Origin: Takakia lepidozioides
Lineage: Eukaryota > Plantae > Bryophyta
DNA: 64,000 nucleotides
Assembly (NCBI GenBank): GCA_030704615.1
Contig: CM060733.1
Location: 1,674,001 to 1,738,000 of the forward strand
Reading direction: 5' to 3'
Part shown: positions 12,121 to 24,904 of the stretch, piece after piece
How the letters are laid out: every line of letters begins with the position of its first letter
How positions within the stretch are numbered: the stretch's first letter is position 1
Program-made: the position numbers and the translations under genes
The notes under the pieces: generated by a model
Told to the model about the DNA's origin: nothing
The model's database searches: none
What the model saw: only the letters and a program-made list of their open reading frames with translations

Positions 12121-15100
12121 TCAACGCTTCTTCCGCTTTTGAGGTCGCCCTTCGAACGCTGCAACTGCCTCGGATGCGTTTCCCATTTCTGAGGCACGCA
12201 CCCAAGATGCCTCCACAAGATGATAGCCCTTCCATTTGACGAGATACTCCGTTTCTCGGTTCTTGAACCTCCTCGACTTAAGTATTGCCTCCACCTCGTA
12301 CTCGGTTCATTTTCATGATCCAACAGCATAGGTGGCGGACGCAACACTTGCTGCCGATTCGGACGTGCTTCATCTTTGAAGTAAGGCTTCAAAAGGAGAC
12401 ATGGAATACTGGGTGCACCTTGCTGTTTGCCGGCAGCTCCAATTCATACACATCCTCATTCATAACCTCCGAATGCGAAAAGGGTCCCGCATACGGAGGT
12501 ACGAACTTCGGACTCACTTTCCGGAGGTAGTCGAAAATTCTTGATGTTCAACCACCTCTGTGCCTGCCTCAAACTTCACTTCCCTCCGCTTCCGATTCGC
12601 CTGCCTTTCATACCGTTTCCTAGCTTTGGCAATGTTGTACTTTGCGAGCTTCAACAAACGCTCGCGTTCTTCCAGTACCGCCGCTTGCCGGTTCCTCAAC
12701 GTCCTGGGCGGCCCAACTTGTCGGCACCAGAGGTGCTTTTCCATAGACCAATACAAAAGGGGAAACTCCCGTCGCGGAGTGTTCTTGTTATTATAACAGA
12801 ACTCTGCCGCGTCTAAGTGTTCCACCAGTCTGATTGGTCTGCCGACACGTAATTCCGCAAGAATTGCTTCACTACGGAATTCACTCTTTCCGTTTGGCCG
12901 TCCGTCGTAGGTCGGAAGGCGGTGCTCATCTTCAGCCTCGTCCCCATCTTCTTCCAAAGTGCTCCCAAATTTACTCGTAAACTTTGGATCGCGGAGTCCG
13001 AGACAATATCCTTCGGGACTCCATGATGCTTTTAAGACGTGGGCGAAGTAAAGTCGCCCTGTCTCCTGCGTTGCCGTCTCCTTGGTGGGGATGAAATGGG
13101 CCATTTTACTGAACCTATCACCACCACCATGATTGCAATCGAATCCTTTTGACAGCGGCATAGCAGTCATGAAATCCATCGAGACGCTTTCCCAAGTCCC
13201 CTCTGGAATCGGCAAGGGTTGTAACAGCCCCGCTTGCTTTTTGTACTCGCTCCGGTTTTGTTGGCATGTGGTGCATGTCTTGACATACTCCTCTGCCTCC
13301 TCCCTCAGTTTGGGCCAGAAATACTCTTTCTTCAAGAGTGCCGCAGTGCGCTTGGCTCCGCCGTGGCCCGCAAGCGGGCTATCATGGCATTCTCTCAAGA
13401 GACTATCTCTGATCCCTCCCTTTGGCACGTAGAGACGTTTTTGCTTATACCGGAGCAGTCCATTTTGCAAGTGGAACTGCGATTTAACCCCCATCCTCAA
13501 GTCCTGCATCACGGACTTTGCCAGCTCATCCTTCCGGCAAGCCTTCCGGATCTTCCTTTGGAGCGCCGTCTCGCCCTTGTACACCAACAAGAGCTGCTGC
13601 TTTCTACTTAAAGCATCGGCCACCACATTGTCCCGTCCCGGTTTGTACTGGATATCCACGTCGAACACTGCCAAAGTATCTTGCCACCTAAGTTGTTTTG
13701 GGGACAACTTGGGCTGCGTGGCAAAATACTTCACCGTGACATTGTCCGTGAACACCTTCACTGGGTTGGAACCAACATAGTGGCGCCAAGCTCAAGGCAA
13801 TGCACCACCGCCTTCATCTCTTTTTCGTGCGTCGGCCACCGTCGCTCCACTTCATTCAGTTTCTTACTTTCGTAAGCCACTGGACGTCCATCTTGCATAA
13901 GTACACCCCCAATCGCGAAGTCCGATGCATCTGTATGAATCTCAAACGGACGATCGAACTCCGGGATTTTCAAGACTGGAGCTTCCGTCATCCGCTGCTT
14001 CAATTCAGCAAAAGCTTGGCCACAAAATGTGTTCCATACCCAGACTTTGGATTTACACAGAAGGTCCGACAGCGGCCCCGCGATCTTGGCGAAATTTCTC
14101 ACATACTTCCGGTAATAGGAGGCGAGTCCTAGGAAGGATCGCACTCCCGGGACCGAAGTCGGAGGCTCCCAGTCCAAGATCGCCCTCACCTTTCTGTCAT
14201 CCATTTTGATCCCATCCTGTGTAATCACATGCCCCAAGAACTCCACTTTTGTGACCCCGAATTCGCACTTTGAAGCTTTGGCATACAGCTTCCCTTCTCG
14301 CAATTTTTGGAACACCCTTTTGAGGTGTCCAGGTGCTCCTCCTTTGTTTTCGAGTACACCAAGATGTCGTCGATGTACACGATCACAAAGTCATCCAACC
14401 ACTCCAAAAGGCTGTTCATCAGCGTGCTAAATGTCGCTGGTGCATTGGTGAGCCCAAAAGGCATCACCAAGAACTCATATGAACCATACCTTGTCCTGCA
14501 CGCGGTCTTCTCCTCATCTCCTTCCGCCACCCGAATTTGTGATAGCCGGAGCGCAAGTCGATCCGGCTGAAATACTTCGCTCCTGCCAACCGATCGAAGA
14601 GGTCGTCGATCCTTGGCAAAGGGTACCGGTTTTTGATAGTCACCTTATTCAGAGCCCTGTAATCGACACACATCCGCAGCGTCCCATCCTTCTTGTCTGC
14701 AAATAGCACCGGGGCTCCGTAAGGTGACTTACTCGGCCGGATGTACCCCTTTGACATTAGATCTTTGAGCTGAGTCTTCAGCTCGACCAACTCTCTGTGG
14801 CTCAACCGGTAGGGCGCCTTGGCAGGCGGTTCCGATCCCGGTATCACCTCAATTGTGGTCAACTCCTCTTCGCGGTGGCAAGCCGCTTGGTAAATCCTCC
14901 GGCATCACATCCTGGTATTTCTCCAAAATCCCCTTGATCCAATCTGGGCTCGGCTCCCCATCGCCTTCTCCTTTCACTTCTCTAATGTAAAGCAAAAACT
15001 GGGCTCGTGTGCCTCCTCCACGGCCCACTCCTTTGCTGACAGAAGGTTTATTCGCCCTCCCACGGATTTGGGCGTTTCCGACACTCGTAAAACCTCGCCA

Positions 15101-16676
15101 CCATTCCCACATGGGCGTGACTACTCTCTTGCGGCCATCTATGACCGCTCCGGATTTGCTCAAAAAGGTCATTCCCAAAATGAGATCCACTCCATCGATC
15201 TCGCAGATAGTGAAGTTCTCACGTCCCTCCCAACTCCCCAGTTGAAGAGGAACATCAAACGCCAACCTTGTCGCCAACTGAGGTTCTCCTTTGGCAGAGC
15301 GCACCTCAATAGAGGCCCCCACGTCACTTGTCGGGAGTCCCAACTTTCGCGCCGCCGCCGGCGTCATGAAGGAGTGCGACGCTCCTGTGTCCACCAACAA
15401 CGACACATTAGTTCCGGATATTATCCCATCCACGAACAATAACTGACTCCCTTTTCGTAAGGCGCCAGTTTCCTGATACAACTCACAAGAAAATTTGCCT
15501 ACCTTGCAAGTCCTGGCGACCACCGCTTCCACCAAGCGACTGATGGTATCTTCCGACAGCTCCGTGGTCGCCCGAGTCATGTTCAATTGCCGGGGCTTCG
15601 TGCACTTCTTGGCCATGTGCCCGGGCTCCCCGCAATTGAAACACACTCCATCAAAGGTCGCCTTCTGTCCGCCATAAGCCGCTCCACCCGCTTTTCCTTT
15701 CGAAGCACCGGGTGCCGCCTTGACGTGTGAAGGCCCTCCCTTCGATTTCCACGTGCCATTTTCGCCGCGTGGCCTATCCCACTTCTTTTCCGGTCGGAGG
15801 AGTCACCTTCCCGCCGGGTCTTCTTGTGGTTCAGCTCCGTACGGCCTTGTCTCTCACCCCTAGGGACATCCGAGAAACATTCAGCCTCTCAATTGCCTCG
15901 TTCAAAGTCTTGGGTGGCTTCTCCTCCAACTTCCGCCTAGCCCATGGGGCCAGTCCCGCCACAAAGTTGAAGACCATTTCTGGTTCTGCCATGTCCGCGA
16001 CTTCGAGCAACAGCACATTGAAAGCCTGGACATACCCCCGACATGTCATCTGTTTGCTTCAAATTCCTCATCTTGTCCGGGCAATTCCTCATCTGTCCCG
16101 GGCAAGCCAGGACGCGTTGAGGGGCACAAACTGTCTCTTCATCAATTCCTTGAACTCCTCCAGTTCAAGGTTTCCGGGCTTGGGCCTCGTCGTGAAGGCG
16201 TTTCTGCCACCATTGTTGAGCATAGCCCCTCAAATAGGTGGGAGCCACTTCCACGATCCTCGTCACTCAACTTGGCCGCCCGGAAGTACTGCTCTAGCTC
16301 CAGGAGCCAGGTGTTGAGTGCCTTCCGGTTTTCGAACGCCCTCGAAGGTGCCGGGTTCCTTAGGCTTCACCTTAAACTTTGCCTTGGTGGAAGTGGCATT
16401 AGCCGCCTTCAACACGTCTTTCAACGTCCCGCCAAACTGCGCCAACAACCCTTCCCAAAAGGCTGCCGGCATGGGAGGCATCTCTTGGTTTGTCGGAGCT
16501 CTCAAAGATTCCTCGGGCTCCGACTCCTCGGATTCCTCCGCTCTGAGCGCCTCGTTTTCGGAAACATTAATCGCTTCCTCAAACGGCCGCCTCGGTGACA
16601 CGTCGCCCCCATCGGGCTCACCGGGATCATCATCTTTTGGGCCGTTCCGCTTTCGCTTCGGCTTGCCCGACCCCAT
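12121..16676 (-). pseudogene. gag-pol (GAG-CCHC-PR-RT-RH-INT-chromodomain) of copy C, frameshifted
   Basis: [39 protein letters not shown]...CTTC, SMDF; chromodomain at ~12150-12310. Confidence 0.93.
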
Positions 16677-16731
16677 GATGAGGCCAATCCCAAGGACGAT
16701 CGCGTACTGAACTCTAAGCTCTGATACCAAG

Positions 16732-17450
16732 TGTCGCACACCTCAATTCGGTAAACTCCCCTTCAAGTCATAGTTACTCGCTTTGATGCGCGCGCCTGAC
16801 TCCCAACCTGGCCGCCGGGCCAACTTGGAGTTTCGGCTGCTCACCGGGACATAACGGTCCCCTTCCGCTTCCCTCTAAACCCTCCACCTATTTGGGACTA
16901 GGAGAATTCCCTTTGGTGGATGGCAGTCCGGAAGAGCTCCCCACTCTTTGGTCGCTTTCCGGCTCGCTCTTTACTCACTAGTTTTGGTCACCAACGGGCT
17001 TGCACCGTTCTCGGGGTTACTACTCCCTATATATACTTCTGTAGCTGTCCGCGGGGGTTTCATACCAGCCATGCCATTTTATGGTGAACCACCACGAAAA
17101 CCCTCGACTCCCGGTGGTGAGTCGCGGTGAGTCTTGGCCCACTCACCGCGGCCCAATGGACCGTGATGAGTCCCAAGACTCCCCACGACTCCCACCACGA
17201 GGTCTCCACCCCATGGTGAGTCCTATGCCACCCCACTAAGTCCCACTAAGCTACCACCACCCCTTGTGGAGCCACCCACACGCAACCCGGTGTGCGGGGC
17301 TCCACCTAGTGAGCGCCTCCGCCTCCTTGAGTGCCTTGGGCACTCAAGGGGCTTCAGCCCCCATACCTATCGCTGCCGCTGCCCCCACCACAGGGGCAGC
17401 CCCTCATGTGTCCCGACCCCCCCCTGCCCTCAAGGCAAAGGGCCGCGACA
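16732..17450 (-). repeat. 5' LTR of copy C
   Basis: Adjacent to the tRNA-iMet PBS at 16718-16729. Confidence 0.95.
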
Positions 17451-17713
17451 GGGAGCTGTTCCGGACTGCCATCTACCAAAGGAATTCTCCTAGGCCCAAA
17501 TAGGTGGAGGGTTTAGTGGGAAGCGAAGGGGGGGACCGTTATGTCCCGTGAGCAGCCGAAGCTCCAAGTTGGCCCGGGCGGCAGGTTGGGAGTCAGGCGC
17601 GCGCATCAGCGAGTAACTATGACTTGAAGGGGAGCTTACCGAAGTGAGGTGCGCGACACTTGGTATCAGAGCTTAGAGTTCAGTACGCGATCGTCCTTGG
17701 GATTGGCCTCATC

Positions 17714-20700
17714 ATGGGGTCGGGCAAGCCAAAGCGAAAGCGGAACGGCCCAAAAGATGATGATCCTGGTGAGCCCGATGGGGGCGACGTGTCACCGAGC
17801 GGCCGTTTGAGGAAGCGACGCAGGTTTTGAAAACGAGGCCGCCCAAGAGCGGAGGAATCCGAGGAGTCGGAGCCCGAGGAATCCGTGAGAGCTCCGACCG
17901 ACCAACAGATGCCTCCCATGCCGGCAGCCTTTTGGGAAGGGTTGTTGGCGCAGTTTGGCGGGACGTGAAAGACGTGTTGAAGGCGGCTAATGCCACTTCC
18001 ACTAAGGCAAAGTTTAAGGTGAAGCCTAAGGAACCCGGCACCTTCGAGGGCGTCCGAAATCGGAAGGCACTCAACACCTGGCTCTTGGAGCTAGAGCAGT
18101 ACTTCCGGGCGGCCAAGTTGAGTGACGAGGATCGGGTGGAAGTGGCTCCCACCTATTTGAGGGGCTATGCTCAACAATGGTGGCAGAAACGCCTTCACGA
18201 CCGAGGTCCAAGCCCGGAAACCTTGAACTGGAGTGGGTTCAAGGAATTGATGAAGAGACAGTTTGTGCCCCTCAACGCGTCCTGGCTTGCCCGGGACAAG
18301 ATGAGGAATTTGAAGCAAACAGATGACATTCGGGATATGTCCAGGCTTTCAATGTGCTTTTGCTCGAAGTCGGACATGGCAGAACCGGAAATGGTCGTGG
18401 CGGGACTGGCCCCATGGGCCAGGCGGAAGTTGGAGGAGAAGCCACCTAAGACTTTGAACGAGGCAATTGAGAGGGCTGAATGTTTCTCAGATGTCCCTAG
18501 GGGTGAAAGACAAGGCCGTACGGAGCTGAACCACAAGAAGACCCGGCGGGAAGGTGACTCCTTCCGACCGGAAAAGAAGTGGGATAGGCCACGCGGCGAC
18601 AATGGCACGTGGAAATCGAAGGGAGGGCCTTCACACGTCAAGGCGGCACCCGGTGCTTCGAAAGGAAAAGCGGTGGAGCGGCTTATGGCGGACAGAAGGC
18701 GACCTTTGATGGAGTGTGTTTCAATTGCGGAGAGCCCGGGCACATGGCCAAGAAGTGCACGAAACCCGACAATTGAACATGACTCGGGCAACCACGGAGC
18801 TGTCGGAAGATACCATCAGTCGCTTGGTGGAAGCGGTGGTCGCCAGGACTTGCAAGGTAGGCAAATATTCTTGTGAGTTGTATCAGGAAACTGGCGCATT
18901 GCGTAAAGGGAGTCACTTATTGTTCGTGGATGGGATAATATCCGGAACTAACGTGTCATTGTTGGTGGACACAGGAGCGTCGCACTCCTTCATGACACCG
19001 GCAACGGCACAAAAGCTGGGACTCCCGACACTGACGTAGGGGCCTCTATTGAGGTGCGTTCTGCCAAAGGAGAACCAATTGGCGACGAATTGGCGTTCGA
19101 TGTTCCTCTTCAACTGGGGAGTTGGGAGGGACGTGAGAACTTCACCATCTGCGAGATCGATGGAGTGGATCTCATTTTGGGGATGACCTTTTTGAGCAAA
19201 TCCGGAGCGGTCATAGATGGCCGCAAGAGGTAGTCACGCTGCCATGTTGGAATGGTGGCGAGGTCTTACGAGTTTCGGAAACGCCCAAACCCGTGGGAGG
19301 GCGAATAAACCTTCTGTCAGCAAGGGAGTGGGCCGTGGAGGAGGCACACGAGCCCAGTTTTTGCTCTACATTAGAGAAGTGAAGGGAGAAGGCGATGGAG
19401 AGCCGAGCCCAGATTGGATCAAGGGGATTTTGGAGAAATACCAGGATGTGATGCCGGAGGATTTGCCAAGCGGCTTGCCACCGCGAAGAGGAGTTGACCA
19501 CAAGATTGAGGTGATACCGGGATCGGAACCGCCTGCCAAGGCGCCCTACCGGTTGAGCCACAGAGAGTTGGTCGAGCTGAAGACTCAGCTCAAGATCTAA
19601 TGTCAAAGGGGTACATCCGGCCGAGTAAGTCACCTTACGGAGCCCCGGTGCTATTTGCAGACAAGAAGGATGGGACGCTGCGGATGTGTGTCGATTACAG
19701 GGCTCTGAATAAGGTGACTATCAAAAAACCGGTACCCTTTGCCAAGGATCGACGACCTCTTCGATCGGTTGGCCATATTTCAGCCGGATCGACTTGCGCT
19801 CCGGCTATCATCAAATTCGGGTGGCGGAAGGAGATGAGGAGAAGACCGCGTGCAGGACAAGGTATGGCGGTTCATATGAGTTCTTGGTGATGCCTTTTGG
19901 TCACCTTTGCACCAGAACATTTAGCACGCTGATGAACAGCCTTTCCAGGAGTGGTTGGATGACTTTGTGATCGTGTATGTACATCGACGACATCTTGGTG
20001 TACTCGAAAACAAGGAGGAGCACCTGGAGCACCTGAAAAGGGTGTTCCAAAAATTGCGGGAAGGGAAGCTGTATGCCAAAGCTTCAAAGTGCGAATTCGG
20101 GGTCACAAAAGTGGAGTTCCTGGGGCATGTGATTACACAAGATAGGGTCAAAATGGATGACAGAAAGGTGAGGGCGATCTGGACTGGGAGCCTCCGACTT
20201 CGGTCCCGGGAGTGCGATCCTTCCTAGGACTCGCCTCTATTACCGGAAGTATGTGAGAAATTTCGCCAAGATTGCGGGGCCGCTGTCAGACCTTCTGTGT
20301 AAATCTAAAGTCTGGGCATGGAACACCTTTTGTGGCCAAGCTTTGCTGAATTGAAAGCAGCGGATGGCGGAAGCTCCAGTCTTGAAAATCCCGGAGTTCG
20401 ATCGTCTGTTCGAGATACACACAGATGCGTCGGACTTCGCGATTGGGGGTGTACTGATGCAAGATGGACGTCCCAGTGGCTTACGAAAGTAAGAAACTAA
20501 ATGAAGTGGAGCGACGGTGGCCGAAGCACGGAGAAAGAGATGAAGGCGGTGGTGCACTGTCTTGAGCTTTGGCGCCACTATGTTGGTTCCAACCCAGTGA
20601 AGGTGTTCACGGACAATGTCACAGTGAAGTATTTTTCCACGCAAGCCCAAGTTGTCCCAAAACAACTTAGTGTGGCAAGATACTTTGGCGGTGTTCGACG

Positions 20701-21773
20701 TGGATATCCAGTACAAACCGGGACGAGACAACGTGGTGGCCAATGCTTTAAGTAGAAAGCAGCAGCAGCTTGTTGGTGTACAAGGGCGAGACGACGCTCC
20801 AAAGGAAGATCCGGAAGGCTTGCCGGAAGGATGAGCTGGTGAAGTCCGTGATGCAGGACTTGAGGGATGGGGGTTTTAAATCGCAATTTCACTTGCAAAA
20901 TGGACTGCTCCGGTATAAGCAAAAGCGTCTCTACGTGCCGAAGGGAGGGATCAGAGATAGTCTCTTGAGAGAATGCCATGATAGCCGCTTGCGGGCCACG
21001 GCGGAGCCAAGCGCACTGCGGCACTCTTGAAGAAAGAGTATTTCTGGCCCAAACTGAGGGAGGAGGCAGATGAGTATGTCAAGACATGCACCACATGCCA
21101 ACAAAACCGGAGCGAGTACAAAAAGCAAGCGGGCTGTTACAACCCTTGCCGATTCCAGAGGGGACTTGGGAAAGCGTCTCGATGGATTTCAAGACTGCTA
21201 TGCCGCTGTCAAAAGGATTCGATGCAATCATGGTGGTGGGGGATAGGTTCAGTAAAATGGGCCATTTCATCTCCACCAAGGAGACGGCAACGGCGCATGA
21301 GACAGGGCGACTTTACTTCGCCCACGTCTTAAAGCATCATGGAGTCCGAAGGATATTGTCTCGGACCGCGATCCAAAGTTTACGAGTAATTTTGGAGGGC
21401 ACTTTGGAAGAAGATGGGGACGAGGCTGAAGATGAGCACCGCCTTCCGACCTACGACTGCCGGCAAAAGCAAGGTGCACCCAGTATTCCATGTCTCCCTT
21501 TTGAAGCCTTACTTCAAAGATGAAACGCGTCCGAATCGGCATCAAGTGTTGCGTCTGCCACCTATGCTGTTGGATCATGAAAATGAACCTGAGTACGAGG
21601 TGGAGGCAATACTTAAGTCGAGGAGGTTCAAGAACCGAGAAACGGAGTATCTCGTCAAATGGAAGGGCTATCATCATGTGGAGGCATCTTGGGTGCGTGC
21701 CTCAGAAATGGGAAACGCATCCGAGGCGGTTGCAGCTTTCGAAGGGCGACCTCAAAAGCGGAAGAAACGTTGA
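17714..21773 (+). pseudogene. gag-pol of copy D with C-terminal chromodomain
   Basis: Colinear with copy C; ends ...EYEVEAILKSRRFKNRETEYLVKWKGYHHVEASWV...KRKKR*. Confidence 0.92.
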
Positions 21774-22675
21774 TGGGGACATCAACCTTGGAGCGTGGGG
21801 GAGGAAATGCATGCTTAGCCTAGCTTAGCTAGCTTAGGAATCCGATTTACAAAAACTTGTATTGTACAAAAATTTGTTATAAAAGAAATGGGTTCCAAAT
21901 GTTGTGCGTCCTATTTGTTTGGAATGGTGATGCATGGTATGGTTGGCTAGTGTGTAGAATGCATGCTAGCTTATAAAAGTGGGAGAGGTAAATTGGGTTA
22001 ATCGTGTGTTTGCGTAGTGCCGAAATCGGGTGACCCCCATCCGAGGGGCAAGGAAACTTGCGCCTTCTTTGGGAGTTCACGTGCTAGTGCGCACCTGGCG
22101 CGTGCGCGTACTATAACTGCGCTACCGAGGGGGTTGCCTTGTAGTGCGGGCTAACGCGGAAGCCACGTGTTTCCGTTCACGTACTATAATCGTGTAGCCT
22201 CGGGACGAAGTCGTAGTGCAGCTTCGGCGTGTTCCGTACCTCAGGCCAGCATTCCAAGGCGGACCCAATTGTAGTGATTGGGCGCACTGTTGGTTCAAGG
22301 TTATCTTCCTAGTCAAAGAGGGTTCCAGGGAAACCCTTGCTCAAGGTGATGCCAAAAGCGGCATCATGAGCGGTCGCAAGCAATGTTGTTGTAGTAAGGC
22401 GATTCGATCCTCGGGGAGGATCGTTCCTTGGCCTTGAAGTAGGCCAAGAAGAGTGCACTGGGAGGAGCTGGAGGCTCCACCCTTGGCCGGGACTTGGAGG
22501 AAGTCGGCCGAACTAGCTAGTGGAGAGTAGAGTCAAGTGTGGGGTTTGGTTCTTTGCCATGGGATGCCATGGTGCGGAAACAAACTCCTTGAGGTGGGAC
22601 GCCACAACTTGGATGTTCGTTTCTACAAAATGGACAAGTCGATGAGGACATCGACTCCCTGTTGGTAGGGGTGTG

Positions 22676-23399
22676 TGTCGCGGCCCTTTGCCTTGAGGGC
22701 AGGGGGGGTCGGGACACATGAGGGGCTGCCCCTGTGGTGGGGGCAGCGGCAGCGATAGGTACGGGGGGCTGAAGCACCCTGGAGTGCCCAAGGCACTCAA
22801 GGAGGCGGAGGCGCTCACTAGGTGGAGCCCCGCCACCGGGTTGCGGTGGGGGTGCTCCACAAGGGGTGGTGGTAGCGTAGCGGGACTTAGTGGGGTGGCA
22901 TAGGACTCACCATGGGGGCGGAGACCTCGTGTGGGAGAGTGGGGAGTCTTGGGACTCATCACGGTCCATAGGGGCCGTGGTGAGTGGGCCAAGACTCACC
23001 GCGACTCACCACTGGGAGTCGAGGGTTTTCGTGGTGGTTCGCCATAAAATGGCATGGCTGGTTGTGAAACCCCCGCGGACAACTACAGAAGTATATATAA
23101 GGGGAGTAGTGACCCCGAGAACGGTGCAAGCCCGTTGGTGACCAAAAACTAGTGAGTAAGCGAGCGAGCCGGAAAGCGACCAAAGAGGGGAGCTGTTCTG
23201 GACTGCCATCTACCAAAGGGAATTCTCCTGGGCCCAAATAGGTGGAGGGTTTAGTGGGAAGCGAAGGGGGGACTGTTACGTCCCGGTGAGCAGCGGAAGC
23301 TCCAAGTTGGCCCGGGCGGCCAGGTTGGGAGTCAGGCGCGCGCATCGGAGCGAGTAACTATGACTTGAAGGGGAGCTTACCGAAGTGAGGTGCGCGACA
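22676..23399 (+). repeat. 3' LTR of copy D
   Basis: TGTCGCGG...GCGCGACA after the PPT-like GGTAGGGGTGTG. Confidence 0.95.
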
Positions 23400-23599
23400 T
23401 TATGAGCGTCGCTGCTTCATGAATAAGAAAGATTGCAGGCAAACACAACAGTAGGTCATTTGCCAGTGCGGGAAATGGAAGAGCCTGCCGCCATCGCGCA
23501 AGAAAAAACAAAATGCACGCGGATCGTGGTGCTCGAGCACTCAGCTCAGCCGCCATCGCCATCCTCCAGAGAAAAACAAGCACGAGTATCGTGCCGTGC

Positions 23600-23900
23600 T
23601 TAGGGCAGAGAGGCGGTTAGCAAACCATCCCGTGATTTCATCCACTGGGATGAAATTTTGCACTTCATTAGAGTTACATCCTCTTAGGTTTACATCCATT
23701 AGGGTAACATCCAGGATGGATGTAATCCGTCGTGGATGAAAAATTGCAAGCTACATCCTTAGTGGTAAAGCTCAAGACAATAATTCATCCAATTAGGGAT
23801 TATACTTGGCATTTTTTCATCCGGTATGGATGAAATTCAAAACATATTCCATTAGGGATTAGAAAGAAGGTATTTCCAAACCAGGTAGGCTTAGGAAAAA
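23600..23900. repeat. Degenerate MITE-like segment rich in CATCC/GGATG mini-palindromes
   Basis: Several ttcatcc...ggatgaa inverted motifs; TIRs not clearly resolved. Confidence 0.35.
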
Positions 23901-24239
23901 AAATTGTTAATCCCAAACAGATAATTGGAGAGAGGGAGAGAGAGGGAGAGAGGGGCGCCTACCATCCAATCCCTGGTATGGCAGTCCCTTATGGAGTGAG
24001 TGGCTACAAAGATTTTCATGCCTTAAAATGGAGGAACTGTTGGCAACCTTGAAATCTGAAGAGGAACATCAACCATTGGGACTATGTACGTACCGTACCA
24101 ATCACTCGCAACTTCCTGTATTCAGAGAGAATACCCTGGACAATGTAAAGTAAGATACAAGAGAGGGGGGGGAGAATGTACTCATAAGATGTAATGAAGG
24201 GAAGCTTTAGTAACCTGGCAAGTCCAAACTGTTTTGTGA

Positions 24240-24760
24240 TGACAAAAGATGCACACTTGATAAACAGATGGAAGAGAGAACCGTTGCAGCACTTACAATG
24301 TAGTCAGGGGAGCCACCATGGCTCTCAGCATTGCAAATGCACACAAACGTTATGAGGTCGGGCTTCACCCCTTCCCCCATCGTTTGCTCATAAGTCTCTA
24401 AAGCCTCCATCCCGCGCCCTGCTCTGCATACCCTGCAAGCATCGCACTCCACTACACCACATCTCGTTCAGCCTGCATAGTGTTGAACACTCCCTTTGCA
24501 TCCGCTGCACCCACATTTGGCATACATGTCCACCAGGGCAGTGTTCAGAATGACTTCTGGTAATCTGACAGGCATTCACCTTTTTGCCTCGGTTGTCCCA
24601 CCATTGGCTGGGGTCAGAAAAGTATTCACAGCTTCTCCTTAATTCTGCTACCTGTTTTTGGATATTTTTTGTTGTCACATTGGCAGTATCGTGTCAAGAG
24701 TCACTCCAAACTAGATTCACTCAACCAACTAACTTGAAGAATTCAACATGAAAATTTAGG
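24240..24760 (-). pseudogene. Deleted PPR gene fragment with a WWDNR motif
   Basis: EALETYEQTMGEGVKPDLITFVCICNA and EYFSDPSQWWDNRGKK; 24590-24760 is homologous to 46030-46210. Confidence 0.75.
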
Positions 24761-24904
24761 GTTTACATGTGGGTCTTATCCAATCAAGGTACATTCAAGT
24801 TAATATCTAAGTGGGGAGGATTATCTGCTTCATGTAGGTATTATCTAGTGGAGGTATATCATGATCTTACTCATTTCTGGCACCAATGCGTGGTCTCTCC
24901 CTTA

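Larger units (their letters stand above)
10507..17450 (-). mobile_element. Chromovirus copy C, full-length with two LTRs but no matching TSD
   Basis: 3' LTR 10507-11222, PPT-like ~11223-11235, gag-pol 12121-16676, PBS 16718-16729, 5' LTR 16732-17450; flanks are AAGGG and GGGAG. Confidence 0.95.
17451..23399 (+). mobile_element. Chromovirus copy D; 5' LTR truncated, ~470-bp deletion in integrase
   Basis: Partial 5' LTR 17451-17658, PBS 17661-17672, gag-pol 17714-21773, 3' LTR 22676-23399; the junction at 21457/21458 lacks the sequence equivalent to C 12436-12903. Confidence 0.94.
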
